Origin: Eledone cirrhosa | Lineage: Eukaryota | DNA: 64,000 nt | Assembly (NCBI GenBank): GCA_964016885.1 | Contig: CAXHJY010000736.1 | Location: forward strand, 124,001-188,000 | Direction: 5' to 3' | Part shown: positions 1-16,110 of the stretch, one piece after another | Numbering within the stretch: position 1 is the stretch's first letter | Layout of the letters: every line of letters begins with the position of its first letter | Position numbers and translations under genes: made by a program | The notes under the pieces: generated by a model | The model's input: the letters and a program-made list of their open reading frames with translations, nothing else | What the model was told of the DNA's origin: nothing | Databases searched by the model: none

Positions 1-2570
1 AATGTTCCTGTCTGGCCCTCTGGAGAATAGAGGAAATGTGTTTCCTTGAAAACCCGTATGACTCTAAAACCCGGTCCGTCTGTGTGGTTACATACAGACT
101 AGCTGACACTCACTGTAAAGTGTCTAGTGAAAAGCTGAGTACATGTACATATGTATACATGTGTGTATTTATATGCATACTAATACTTCCGTATACATAT
201 GTAGATGTACACTTTAACTTAATTGTTTAAGCGTCAGTCATACAAAAGTGAGTTAGAAGCGAAACGAAATTTAATTTCGTTTCGTTATTTGTTTTTATCG
301 TTTCCGCTGAACCGGTGCGTACAATGACTCACGTTCTATGCAAATTGGTCTACCCACTACTAATTTTCATAGAAAAAGCATATAACGATATGTGCTTTTA
401 CAATTCTCCAGAGAAGCCGGATGATGGGTAAATATTGCTGATGAGATGTAATAACATCGAAACTAGTCCAATGTTCCTGTCTGGCCCTCTGGAGAATTGA
501 GGAAATGTGTTTCCTTGAAAACCCGTATGACTCTAAAACCCGGTCCGTCTGTGTGGTTACATACAGACAAGCTGACACTCACTGTAAAGTGTCTAGTGAA
601 AAGCTGAGTACATGTACATATGTATACATGTGTGTATTTATATGCATACTAATACTTCCGTATACATATGTAGATGTACACTTTAACTTAATTGTTTAAG
701 CGTCAGTCATACAAAAGTGAATTAGAAGCGAAACGAAATTTAATTTCGTTTCGTTATTTGTTTTTATCGTTTCCGCTGAACCGGTGCGTACAATGAACTC
801 ACGTTCTATGCAAATTGGTCTATCCACTACTAATTTTCATAGAAAAAGCATATAACGATATGTGCTTTTACAATTCTCCAGAGAAGCCGGAAGATGGGTA
901 AATATTGCTGATGAGATGTAATAACATCGAAACTAGTCCAATGTTCCTGTCTGGCCCTCTGTAGAATTGAGGAAATGTGTTTCCTTGAAAACCCGTATGA
1001 CTCTAAAACCCGGTCCGTCTGTGTGGTTACATACAGACTAGCTGACACTCACTGTAAAGTGTCTAGTGAAAAGCTGAGTACATGTACATATGTATACATG
1101 TGTGTATTTATATGCATACTAATACTTCCGTATACATATGTAGATGTACACTTTAACTTAATTGTTTAAGCGTCAGTCATACAAAAGTGAGTTAGAAGCG
1201 AAACGAAATTTAATTTCGTTTCGTTATTTGTTTTTATCTTTTCCGCTGAACCGGTGCGTACAATGACTCACGTTCTATGCAAATTGGTCTACCCACTACT
1301 AATTTTCATAGAAAAAGCATATAACGATATGTGCTTTTACAATTCTCCAGAGAAGCCGGAAGATGGGTAAATATTGCTGATGAGATGTAATAACATCGAA
1401 ACTAGTCCAATGTTCCTGTCTGGCCCTCTGGAGAATAGAGGAAATGTGTTTCCTTGAAAACCCGTATGACTCTAAAACCCGGTCCGTCTGTGTGGTTACA
1501 TACAGACTAGCTGACACTCACTATAAAGTGTCTAGTGAAAAGCTAAGTACATGTACATATGTATACATGTGTGTATTTATATGCATACTAATACTTCCGT
1601 ATACATATGTAGATGTACACTTTAACTTAATTGTTTAAGCGTCAGTAATACAAAAGTGAGTTAGAAGCGAAACGAAATTTAATTTTGTTTCGTTATTTGT
1701 TTTTATCGTTTCCGCTGAACCGGTGCGTACAATGAACTCACGTTCTATGCAAATTGGTCTACCCACTACTAATTTTCATAGAAAAAGCATATAACGATAT
1801 GTGCTTTTACAATTCTCCAGAGAAGCCGGAAGATGGGTAAATATTGCTGATGAGATGTAATAACATCGAAACTAGTCCAATGTTCCTGTCTGGCCCTCTG
1901 GAGAATAGAGGAAATGTGTTTCCTTGAAAACCCGTATGACTCTAAAACCCGGTCCGTCTGTGTGGTTACATACAGACTAGCTGACACTCACTGTAAAGTG
2001 TCTAGTGAAAAGCTGAGTACATGTACATATGTATACATGTGTGTATTTATATGCATACTAATACTTCCGTATACATATGTAGATGTACACTTTAACTTAA
2101 TTGTTTAAGCGTCAGTCATACAAAAGTGAGTTAGAAGCGAAACGAAATTTAATTTCGTTTCGTTATTTGTTTTTATCGTTTCTGCTGAACCGGTGCGTAC
2201 AATGACTCACGTTCTATGCAAATTGGTCTACCCACTACTAATTTTCATAGAAAAAGCATATAACGATATGTGCTTTTACAATTCTCCAGAGAAGCCGGAA
2301 GATGGGTAAATATTGCTGATGAGATGTAATAACAACGAAACTAGTCCAATGTTCCTGTCTGGCCCTCTGGAGAATAGAGGAAATGTGTTTCCTTGAAAAC
2401 CCGTATGACTCTAAAACCCGGTCCGTCTGTGTGGTTACATACAGCTTAGCTGACACTCACTGTAAAGTGTCTAGTGAAAAGCTGAGTACATGTACATATG
2501 TATACATGTGTGTATTTATATGCATACTAATACTTCCGTATACATATGTAAATGTACACTTTAACTTAAT

Positions 2571-2572
<2 letters not shown>
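1..2572 (+). repeat. Tandem array of 469/470-bp units (~5.5 copies, probably continuing upstream of the window), one hammerhead ribozyme per unit; retrozyme-like or PLE pseudo-LTR array (family A)
   Basis: Equivalent positions recur at 36, 505, 975, 1444, 1914 and 2383. No credible ORF. Ends ...TTAACTTAATTG then (TA)n, the same terminus as the related copy at ~53462. Confidence 0.95.
431..475 (+). ncRNA. Minimal type I hammerhead ribozyme, family A (also 901-945, 1370-1414, 1840-1884, 2309-2353)
   Basis: AATATTG-CTGATGA-GATGT aata ACATC-GAAA-CTAG-TC-CAATGTT: 7-bp stem I, canonical core, 5-bp stem II, palindromic ACUAGU stem III, GUC triplet; predicted cut after C468. Confidence 0.88.
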
Positions 2573-3491
<919 letters not shown>

Positions 3492-4237
3492 GGCATAGGT
3501 TAATTATAACGTTCGCGAAAGTTAAAGTCAATTTTCTGACAAGTGAATGTTTTTTTTTTTGTTTTTTTTTACATTGAAAGTTACGATACAGTTTGTTTAT
3601 TTACAACAGGTCTCTATAGTGATATGGTGTTAACTAGTATTGCGTGTGTGATTATATATATATATATATATTCACGCGTGTGTGTGTAAGCATTTTAAAA
3701 ATTACTTTTTTAATCTGGTGCAGAAATGTATATTATTGCAATTCACCTCACTATCCGCGGTTCTTGAGAACATTTGATTATTTTACAAGAGAAGTGGTTG
3801 GTATGAATACATGCCATTAGTTAGTGCACGTTCCAAGAGCAGCAATAATGTAAATGAAGCGAAACTCTTCCAACTAGGAAATTAAATAACGGTCGCAGGT
3901 AGTAATCTTTCTGTGAGCTTACCGCTTTATCACATACCCTGTGATGTTTCTTCTTCTTGTTGGGAGAGGAGATGGGAATAGAAGACGTTCAACATGTGTA
4001 AAGTGATTTTACTTGTATTTGAAAACACACTGAGAGGAGAAAACGAGATGGTGTGATATTCATGCCTTTATTAGGAAGGGTCACACACGCAATACTAATT
4101 AACACCATATCACTATAGAGACCTGTTGTAAATAAACAAACTGTATCGTAACTTTCAATATTAAAAAAAACAAAAAACACATTCACTTGTCAGAAAATTG
4201 ACTTTCACTTTCGCGAACGTTATAATTAACCTATGCC
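3492..4237. mobile_element. MITE-like non-autonomous element with ~160-bp terminal inverted repeats, inserted in (TA)n
   Basis: 3492-3651 (GGCATAGGTTAATTATAACGTTCGCGAAAG...) is the reverse complement of 4081-4237. No ORF. Confidence 0.7.
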
Positions 4238-4265
4238 TATATATACATATATATATATATACATA

Positions 4266-4478
4266 TGAAGGCGTGTGGCTGAGTGGTTAGAGAATTGGAT
4301 TCGCAATCGTAAGGTTGAGAGTTCGATTCCTGGACCGGGCGATGCGTTATGTCCTTGAGCAAGACACTTTATTTCACGTTGCTCCTTCTACCTGGAGTTG
4401 CGACCGATAGTATTAGCAATTTGAAAGACCAACGGAAACATTGTTTCGTCGGTCCGATTTGACGAAAGTCGATCGTTC

Positions 4479-4480
<2 letters not shown>
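4266..4480 (+). mobile_element. tRNA-derived SINE
   Basis: Pol III A box TGGCTGAGTGG, B box GTTCGATTCC, then TCCTTGAGCAAGACACTTTATTTCAC; homologous to the head of 32039-32385. Confidence 0.8.
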
Positions 4481-6078
<1,598 letters not shown>

Positions 6079-6178
6079 GTAGGAGGTGAGTTTTATTGTA
6101 GTACAATAAAGCAATGCAGATATCGGATAAGAAGCACTCTACAGTTTGTAGGACTGGAGTATACATAATATATAAGAT

Positions 6179-6870
6179 CAACATAGTTAACCTTAATATT
6201 ATTAAGAACAATATACGTAATCTCTTTAACCAACATAACCTAAAAATTGAATTTGATAACAGCATCAAACTAGCTAATTTCTTGGATGTATCTCTTAATC
6301 TTGACACTGGCCTATATTACCCTTACCATAAAAACAATGAGAACCTAAATTATGTTAATTTTAAATCTAACCACCCTACTAATATTAAGAATGCTATAGT
6401 TAGTAATATTGGAAAAAGAATATCTAACCTATCTTCTCATAAAAACATCTTTGATGCTAACGCCAATTACTATAATAACGCGCTTTCTAAAGCCGGCTAT
6501 CATGATAAAATCAAATATAATAAAGAAACAAATTCTAGAAGATCTTACAGTAAAATAATTAATCATGATCATTCCAATAACTTTAATAAAAGACCTAGAT
6601 ACAAAAACATAATCTGGTATAATGCTTCTTTCTCCATCTCTATTAATAATAATTGTTTCTACTTTAGGCACAAGGCCAGCAATTACCCAGTGCATTAGTG
6701 GTACTTTAAATTATTCTTTAGTGCCTTAAATAAATGCTTCCCTCCCTCACATATCTATAGTAAAATATTTAACAAACACACTATAAAATTTTCCTATTCG
6801 ACATCCTCCAGCATGTCCAACATTATCTCTAAACACAACAATAAAATACTAAATACTAAATCTCTTCCTT
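6179..6870 (+). pseudogene. Penelope-like (Hydra-type) RT thumb/linker fragment, preceded by an inverted family-D pseudo-LTR end (6077-6180)
   Basis: ANFLDVSLNLDTGLYYPYHK...SNHP...RISNLSS...YYNNALSKAGY...IIWYN aligns with the ORFs at 61659 and 19179. Interrupted near 6650-6710, then resumes (FPPSHIYSKIFNKHTIKFSYS). Confidence 0.85.
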
Positions 6871-8713
6871 CCAACACTGAATATCATAATAATTAAACTT
6901 GATTCCGCCATAAACTATTGGTCGGACATAATTGTCAATTGCAGACACACTAGGATGCACACCTTTTCTGCACAAACTTTCGCGGGAGGACCACGCACTA
7001 ACCATGACCCACCATAATAATAACCACAGCTGCCTCGTATCAACATCGCCCATCTCAACGAACTTTAATTATAATCTAACTTCACTTTATCTTATTTCAT
7101 TGCATTGAATTTAACCATATGTAAGCCCGTATTTTGTATATCATGCCGCATACATAACCCACACCAAAAATCACACTAACCATGACACCATATTAATAAC
7201 CACCTATACCCCGTCTCAACACCGCCCACCTCAATGAACTTATTGTACTCCATGTAACCATTTCTAAGCCCGCATTTGTATATCATGCCGCACACATCAC
7301 CATCACCACCACCAAAATTCACATCAACATACACACCTCATCGTTGCAATATCGTATTAGATCGGTATCCTATGATACGTTCTACCTTGCAATCCACAAT
7401 GACAAGGGACCTTGTAAATACAATGTCGATCATATCACACCATCGCCACCACCACCACACCACACATCGTCATATGCCTACCATGCACGCATACAACCTC
7501 ATCCCCCCATGTTCCCTCTATCTACCCTAACCTACAACCCCACGCTAAATTCGACCCTGTAATTGTACTGTCGCACGCACACACAACAACCGCCACCACT
7601 AGATACATCCACATACTTCAACAATCATTATCATTAACATCATCAACACATATCATCCCTCCCTCCCAGATCGACTGTATTATATATCCCCCACTCCCCG
7701 TCTGCCTACCCTATAACACACCGTAACCTCTGATCATGTAATCATCTTGTCGAACATATCACCCAGCACCACCACCATCACCATGTCCACAATACACATC
7801 GCCGTACGTCCATAAACGCTTCTCCCCCGCGTTCTTTATGTCACCTTTTAACCGGTATTCGATCCGGTATATATATTTTTGTCCCTCATAACTCCACCAC
7901 CACCACAAAACACAACTCCATACTTCATCAACACGGACAACACATACCTCCACTCCCCAACCAACAATAGTGTGTGTGTCTGTGTGTAGGTATTTTTACA
8001 CATACGGGCGTTTAAGTGTGCGTGCGTGTACGCATACTTATATGTATGTGTGTGTGTATGTGAACACATGTGTATGCATATATCTATGTGTGTGTATATA
8101 TGTGTATGTGTATGTGTATGCGTATGTGTATGTGTGTGTATATTTGTATGTGTATGTACGTGTGTGTATGTGTACGTCTACATATATGTATATGGGTGAA
8201 TCTGACTGTATGTGTAGGTGAGCTCATGTATGTGCATGTATGTGTATATGTGCGTGTATGTGTGTGTTGTCTGTACATGTGTGTGTATATATATATATAT
8301 GTGTGTGTGTGTGTGAGTATACGTGTGTGTGAGTGTGTATGTGTATATTTTGCCGACATGAGTATGAGTCCATGTGCCCATACCCATATGTATGTGTGTG
8401 TATGTATATATGTAAAACACCTTCTACTTTGCTTCTCACCTCCCCCCCCCCCATCTCTGTCGTTCGCCACCCCCACCGATATTCCCCCACTCTCCATATT
8501 CGTGGCCGCATGCGCGCATGCACATACATGTGTGTACATATACATATGGCTGTGTATGAGCGTGTGTCGATATCTGTAGGCAGGGATGTGCGTATGTGTT
8601 TTGTGTTGTGTGTTTATACAACAATATATGTGTACATATATACATATATGTGTGTGCGTATAAGTATATACAAAGTATCTGTCAGACGAAGAGCGTCTAG
8701 CTATGTATCTATA

Positions 8714-10530
8714 AGGTGAACGGCTACCTCTCGGAGCCGTTCAAAATCGCGCGGTCCATCCGACAAGGGTGCCCTCTCTCCTCCCTTCTGTATGTGTTGA
8801 CTCTCGAGCCACTACTGCGGAAGTTGGAGTTGTTGCAGGGCATCCCTTTGGAACCGGGATTGCGGAAAGCGGTGTCGGCCTACGCCGATGACGTGACAGT
8901 AATGGTGTCGACGGCCTCCGAAATCGAGGCGGTCGGCACCTTACTGGAGGAGTACGAAAAGTTCACAGGGGCTAAGCTGAACCGGGACAAGTCGATCGGT
9001 TTGCAACTCGGCACGTGGAGGGGCAGACCGATGCCCTCCGATGGCGTCGTCGGACGCTGGACGGAGGGCCCGGTGAAGTTGCTCGGGGTCTGGTTCGGAC
9101 CGGACCTCCAGGTGGAGAAAAACTGGGCGGAGGTTACGAACAGGGTGTTTGCACTGACCCAGAAGTGGGCCAGTTGCAAACTATCCCTGAAAGGTCGGGC
9201 GGAGGTGGCGAACACCTACATAGCGTCCGTCATCTACTACCGCCTGACCGTAGTGCCCTGCCCAAGGGAAACCCTCACCAAGATGGAGCGCGCGCTCTTC
9301 CAATTTCTTTGGAAGAGGCGGGCTCCTATGGTGAGGAGATCCATCTGCTGTCAACACCCTTCGAAAGGAGGGCTGGGGTTGCCGTGGCTAATGATGCGTA
9401 AACACGCATTAAGGCTACGGCACCTCTACGTATTCCTCACCGGACAACCGGTGTGGGCCTCGTTTGTGAGACGAACCTTTCCCAGACTCGTCTCACTCAC
9501 CGAGCTGCAATCCTGGGTCAAGCAAAGACCGAGAAAACTGGGCGCCTGGCACACTGAGTGTGCCCAGGCGCTCACCGCCCTCTGGCAGGCGGATCCGGTT
9601 ATCAGTGGAGACTCCACCGCAACATTCTATAGAGGGCTGGTACGCAGCAGGTGCGACGACGCCCTCGGAGAAGCCCTAGACATGGAGGAGGACGAACTGG
9701 CCAGCCTGTTCGGTAGGACATTCAGCCCGGGACCTATGGACAACTTCCAGAAGTCCCTGGCCTGGCAGTGCTACCGAGGGGCTTTACCCGTTCGAGAAAG
9801 GCTCTACAGACACGGGCGCCCGGGTAGGGACCTGCCAAAAAGATCTGTCCCAGATGCGTGTGCGACGAGGAAACCGTTGCACACGCATTGGTACACTGCT
9901 CGGGCGTAGCCGATCTGTGGGGCTATGTCGAACAACTGCTGTCAAGGGTGGGACCGATCCGGTTGACCACCGAGTCTATTGTAATGATCAAGCCGCCTCC
10001 CCCCTTCAAAGATGAAGCAGAGGCGGTGTTTCTGTGCGTAATAGCCATGGCGAAAGAGGTTGTATGGTGGACGCGTCTGAAAGGACTGAGGTCAGGCACC
10101 TTTCTCTCTGGCCAACAACTGGTCCGTTTCTTCCGATATCATTTCGGAAGAAGGATCAGGATGGAGAGAGAGAGGTGCTGCACCCCAGTCGTTTTTATGA
10201 AAGGTGGGTGAAAGTGGCGAGAATGGCCTGTGTGAATGGGTCTTCTCTTTACATAAGCCTGTAGGTGGAGAAGAGGAAGGAACGAGGGAGCACCCCCTCT
10301 CTGTGCTCCTGAGGAAAAGGGTTGCACACTTTTTTCGGGGGTTTGTGCGACCCCCCAAGGCGCCTCCTCTCTATTGAGGATTTTGTTATAAATTTTATTT
10401 TTTGTTATATCTTATTTTATTTTTATATTTTGTTATTGCCTCCTCCTTATTGAGGACGCCTTTTTGTGTAAACTCCCCCCTTTGTACTTGTCCCACTTTT
10501 GATGCCCTAGTGGCAAATAAAAGAAACATA
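8714..10530 (+). mobile_element. 5'-truncated L1/Tx1-clade non-LTR retrotransposon: ORF2 RT plus C-terminal Cys/His knuckle, frameshifted (coding ~8716-10264)
   Basis: IRQGCPLS, AYADD, LSLKGRAEVANT, GGLGLP, then EETVAHALVHC in another frame; 3' AATAAAAGAAA; GC-rich relative to flanks. Confidence 0.88.
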
Positions 10531-11194
10531 TCTATGTAAGGACCTTGACGCCACCAATACATCCAACACACCACCACAAACGCCCTCTACCATAGACAAC
10601 GGCACCACTACCACACCCCCACTACACGCCAACCCGTCTACTGACAATCTACTAACCTCATACCACAGCCCATCCCAATAAATAACCCCCACCATATCAC
10701 ATCCACCCCCACATACTCTACACGCCAAGGCCAACCCACCACCATCACACCACAGCCCACCTCATCCACCGACCGTCACCAACATCTCACCATCACACCC
10801 ACCCCCATATACACTACAGGCCAGTACATCGCCTTGATCCTTCCCACCAATCAAAACAACTCATTTTGTCAAACTCTTGAAACTCTAACTTTACCACATA
10901 GCATGTATTTCATTTTCTTATAGCATTTTAAGAGGGTCCGTCGAGCTGCTGATTATTGAGTCGCGTAGGATCGATATAGATCGAACCTTGAGCTGATCAG
11001 TGACGAAACGCGCGTCACCTATCAATAAATACAATGAAGGAATAATCAATCGTCCTTTTTATCCTTTCTATATTTTACACTCTGTATAGCTCTACACATC
11101 ATCACAGAAGTGAACCTAAACATCGAGTGCTCACCCGGGTGAACCTGCAGTAACTCCTAGTTACACCCACTGGATATATATATATATATGTATA

Positions 11195-11626
11195 TATATA
11201 ATATATAAGAACAAAAGATGGTTAAAAGAGTTCCATGTATTTTATTATGCGCATTTCAAAAACAAATATCATCATGCAATAATATTTGTGTTTTCATCAG
11301 ATAAAATAGGAAGATATGATATGAAGGTTAAAAAACACTTGTGGATAGTTCAGTTTTAAATCAACATATGTTGATTTAAAACTGAACTATCCACAAGTGT
11401 TTTTTAACCTTCATATCATATCTTCCTGTTTTATCTGATGAAAACACAAATATTATTGCATGATGATATTTGTTTTTGAAATGCGCATAATAAAATACAT
11501 GGAACTCTTTTAACCATCTTTTGTTCTTATATATTATGTATACTCCAGTCCTACAAACTGTAGAGTGCTTCTTATCCGATATCTGCATTGCTTTATTGTA
11601 CTACAATAAAACTCACCTCCTACATA
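11195..11626. mobile_element. Fold-back (inverted) pair of family-D PLE pseudo-LTRs
   Basis: About 11200-11368 is the reverse complement of about 11369-11537; the right arm runs to ...AAACTCACCTCCTACAT then (TA)n. Confidence 0.85.
11429..11495 (+). ncRNA. Type I hammerhead with long AU-rich stem II, family D (also 11240-11306 minus, 17382-17448 plus, 48437-48503 plus)
   Basis: TTTTAT-CTGATGA-AAACACAAATATTA...TGATATTTGTTTTT-GAAA-TGCGCA-TA-ATAAAA; palindromic AUGCGCAU stem III, AUA triplet. Confidence 0.8.
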
Positions 11627-11682
11627 TGTATATATATATATATATATATGAATGTCTATATATATATATATATACATATGTC

Positions 11683-11714
<32 letters not shown>

Positions 11715-11715
11715 C

Positions 11716-11793
<78 letters not shown>

Positions 11794-11828
11794 TTATATA
11801 TATAGACATATGTATATATATAGACATA

Positions 11829-11919
<91 letters not shown>

Positions 11920-11925
<6 letters not shown>

Positions 11926-12138
11926 TAATTTATTGATATTTTATTTGAGTGACCCGAATCTTCCTGGTCGTTCTTTTTCGGCTGCACGGGTGATTTTAGG
12001 CATGATCTCTATGTGTTGGTATTTTAACGATAGTTATAGCTCTGATTTATCCAAATTATTGAGCCCTCTGCCACACATGTCGGATATTGTTTATCGTCAT
12101 TTCGTGGGCTGATATTCCGATTCTCGATTATTCTACTA
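11920..12138 (+). mobile_element. 5'-truncated 3' end of family L (the 616-bp array family)
   Basis: Reverse-complement homology to 20675-20890 and 37688-37900, with the same terminus next to (TA)n. Confidence 0.85.
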
Positions 12139-12152
12139 TATATATATACATA

Positions 12153-12237
<85 letters not shown>

Positions 12238-12333
12238 GTATATATATATATACATATATATATACATATATATACATATGTATATATATATATATATACA
12301 TATACATATGTATATATATATATATATACATAA

Positions 12334-12369
<36 letters not shown>

Positions 12370-12372
<3 letters not shown>

Positions 12373-15300
12373 ATTAAACAAATGGAAACTATATTTATAT
12401 TTATAAAACCATATTTATTTCGTTATATATATTTCTGGGATATCATATTAAAAATATGTTATGCCTTCCTCAGACAAAATACAATACATAAGCTGTTTTA
12501 TAAATAATTAGTGACATACCTTGTGATAATGCAACTTCCTTTTAAAAAGTTGATTTGGTAGTGAAACTGTTATGATAGTTATATAGAAAGAAAACGAAGA
12601 TGAGAAGAAGAAGATGAAGAGATGTATGCAAATAAAAAAAAGAAGAAGATGAAGAGATGTATGCAAAGAAAAAAAGAAAAACAACGGAGCGAGATAGAGA
12701 GACAAGGAGAGAGAGAAATACATTGATGGTGAAAAAACATAGTAGGCTGCTTTTTGACAGATGATCATCGTATATGTGAGAGGTTAAGGGAAGGGATACA
12801 GTTAAATTAGTGTATAGGAGAAAAAGAAAGAAAGATGATATATTTAAAATATATTAAAAATATATTATGTCTCATCCATTTGAATTATCAATTTTTATGA
12901 ATTAGGTATTATAATGTAAATATCAGTATTCATGAATGAGACACATATCCATAATGTGTGAAAAAAAAAAATGACCACATGCTCAGTTAAAAATTCTTAG
13001 GTCTATAAGCAAAATCTGAGATAAAACTTCAAACATAAGTATATATGCATTCTCGTGAAAAAAGAGAAAAGAGAAGGTTATCTCAAATTCAAGTTGATAA
13101 ATATAGACGCACATGTGAACCTACGTGATACGCTGCACTGATTCTTATATTTCATGAAAAACTTCAATGCGTTAGAAAAGATTCCACCCTACATACATTT
13201 ACATACATATATATATAGATAGACACAAAACATATAAGATATACATTGACATCTAAAATAACATTCCAGCCTCACTTGCATGATCATCGATCAAGCATAG
13301 AGTAGACAACAGATATCAATATTAAAATTAAAAACGCCAAGAATATCTTCGTCACTCCACAGAGTATCTAGGGACGCAAGAGAACATAGTATGCCATAGA
13401 ATCAGAGTCAAAAGCAAACAAAACCAAAATTGTTCATCAAGCCTTATTTAGCAGAAATCATTCAAAACTTATTCTACAAATGCTCTTATATTTATTATAG
13501 AAGTTTATCCAGCTTAAAAAATAAAAAATCCTCAACATCGCTGTCAGGGTTACTCTGGCAACTTAAGCATGATAAAGTTGGATATTCGATGGTTTGGAAT
13601 ATAGTCTCAAATGGGATTCCTTTTAATTCCTCTTCTGAGACTTGTGACCTCTGCGCGGAGGAGATATTCTTTATATTAAAATCTAAAAATTCCCTTAATT
13701 TACGAACCAATTTATTCAGCTGTTGCAGACATAGATTGAACTCAACATTTAAATATAAATATAAATTTAAAATGTAATATAAAATGTAGTATATTTACTT
13801 AAGGTATTTGACTATTTGTGATACTTGGCGATAAATCTTTCGATTCCTTAAATTTTTTTAAAACCTTTCTGCATGAATATATAATTAATGAGATTAAATA
13901 AACTACCCTATAATTGGCGTTGTCCCCAATCTTTTGAATAAATTTTTAAGCTGGATAAACTTCTATAATAAATATAAGAGCATTTGTAGAATAAGTTTTG
14001 AATGATTTCTGCTAAATAAGGCTTGATGAACAATTTTGGTTTTGTTTGCTTTTGACTCTGATTCTATGGCATACTATGTTCTCATGAAAAACTTCAATGC
14101 GTTAGAAAAGATTCCACCCTACATACATTTACATACATATATATATATATAGACACAAAACATATAAGATATACATTGACATCTAAAATAACATTCCAGC
14201 CTCACTTGCATGATCATCGATCAAGCATAGAGTAGACAACAGATATCAATATTAAAATTAAAAACACCAAGAATATCTTCGTCACTCCACAGAGTATCTA
14301 GGGACGCAAGAGAACATAGTATGCCATAGAATCAGAGTCAAAAGCAAACAAAACCAAAATTGTTCATCAAGCCTTATTTAGCAGAAATCATTCAAAACTT
14401 ATTCTACAAATGCTCTTATATTTATTATAGAAGTTTATCCAGCTTAAAAATTTATTCAAAAGATTGGGGACAACGCCAATTATAGGGTAGTTTATTTAAT
14501 CTCATTAATTATATATTCATGCAGAAAGGTTTTAAAAAAATTTAAGGAATCGAAAGATTTATCGCCAAGTATCACAAATAGTCAAATACCTTAAGTAAAT
14601 ATACTACATTTTATATTACATTTTAAATTTATATTTATATTTAAATGTTGAGTTCAATCTATGTCTGCAACAGCTGAATAAATTGGTTCGTAAATTAAGG
14701 GAATTTTTAGATTTTAATATAAAGAATATCTCCTCCGCGCAGAGGTCACAAGTCTCAGAAGAGGAATTAAAAGGAATCCCTTTTGAGACTATATTCCAAA
14801 CCATCGAATATCCAACTTTATCATGCTTAAGTTGCCAGAGTAACCCTGACAGCGATGTTGAGGATTTTTTATTTTTTAAGCTGGATAAACTTCTATAATA
14901 AATATAAGAGCATTTGTAGAATAAGTTTTGAATGATTTCTGCTAAATAAGGCTTGATGAACAATTTTGGTTTTGTTTGCTTTTGACTCTGATTCTATGGC
15001 ATACTATGTTCTCTTGCGTCCCAAGATACTCTGTGGAGTGACGAAGATATTCTTGGCGTTTTTAATTTTAATATTGATATCTGTTGTCTACTCTATGCTT
15101 GATCGATGATCATGCAAGTGAGGCTGGAATGTTATTTTAGATGTCAATGTATATCTTATATGTTTTGTGTCTATATATATATATATGTATGTAAATGTAT
15201 GTAGGGTGGAATCTTTTCTAACGCATTGAAGTTTTTCATGAAATATAAGAATCAGTGCAGCGTATCACGTAGGTTCACATGTGCGTCTATATTTATCAAC

Positions 15301-16110
15301 TTGAATTTGAGATAACCTTCTCTTTTCTCTTTTTTCACGAGAATGCATATATACTTATGTTTGAAGTTTTATCTCAGATTTTGCTTATAGACCTAAGAAT
15401 TTTTAACTGAGCATGTGGTCATTTTTTTTTTCACACATTATGGATATGTGTCTCATTCATGAATACTGATATTTACATTATAATACCTAATTCATAAAAA
15501 TTGATAATTCAAATGGATGAGACATAATATATTTTTAATATATTTTAAATATATCATCTTTCTTTCTTTTTCTCCTATACACTAATTTAACTGTATCCCT
15601 TCCCTTAACCTCTCACATATACGATGATCATCTGTCAAAAAGCAGCCTACTATGTTTTTTCACCATCAATGTATTTCTCTCTCTCCTTGTCTCTCTATCT
15701 CGCTCCGTTGTTTTTCTTTTTTTCTTTGCATACATCTCTTCATCTTCTTCTTTTTTTTATTTGCATACATCTCTTCATCTTCTTCTTCTCATCTTCGTTT
15801 TCTTTCTATATAACTATCATAACAGTTTCACTACCAAATCAACTTTTTAAAGGGAAGTTGCATTATCACAAGGTATGTCACTAATTATTTATAAAACAGC
15901 TTATGTATTGTATTTTGTCTGTGGAAGGCATAACATATTTTTAATATGATATCCCAGAAATATATATAACGAAATAAATATGGTTTTATAAATATAAATA
16001 TAGTTTCCATTTGTTTAATATCGTAAACCTACTCCAGAAACTGTTGAGTGCTTTTATATCAGTTATAAAATATTTACTCGTTGTAACCCAACAATCTTAA
16101 ATAAAACTTT

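Noticed and set aside
36-2456. Repeated 64-aa and 72-aa ORFs in the 470-bp array
   Set aside because: No recognisable domain and not preserved in the diverged copy at 52632-53462.
1-2572. CRISPR-like or rDNA/snRNA gene array interpretation of the tandem arrays (also 37688-41046)
   Set aside because: Whole units repeat with no unique spacers, there are no cas genes, the context is eukaryotic, and I see no resemblance to 5S or U snRNA sequences.
4266-4345. tRNA gene (also 32039-32115)
   Set aside because: A and B boxes are present but there is no clean cloverleaf, and the sequence runs into a SINE body.
10949-11021. Hammerhead-like GAAA-CGCGCG-TC half followed by AATAAA
   Set aside because: No intact CUGANGA with a pairing stem I; at best a decayed pseudo-LTR ribozyme, so not called.
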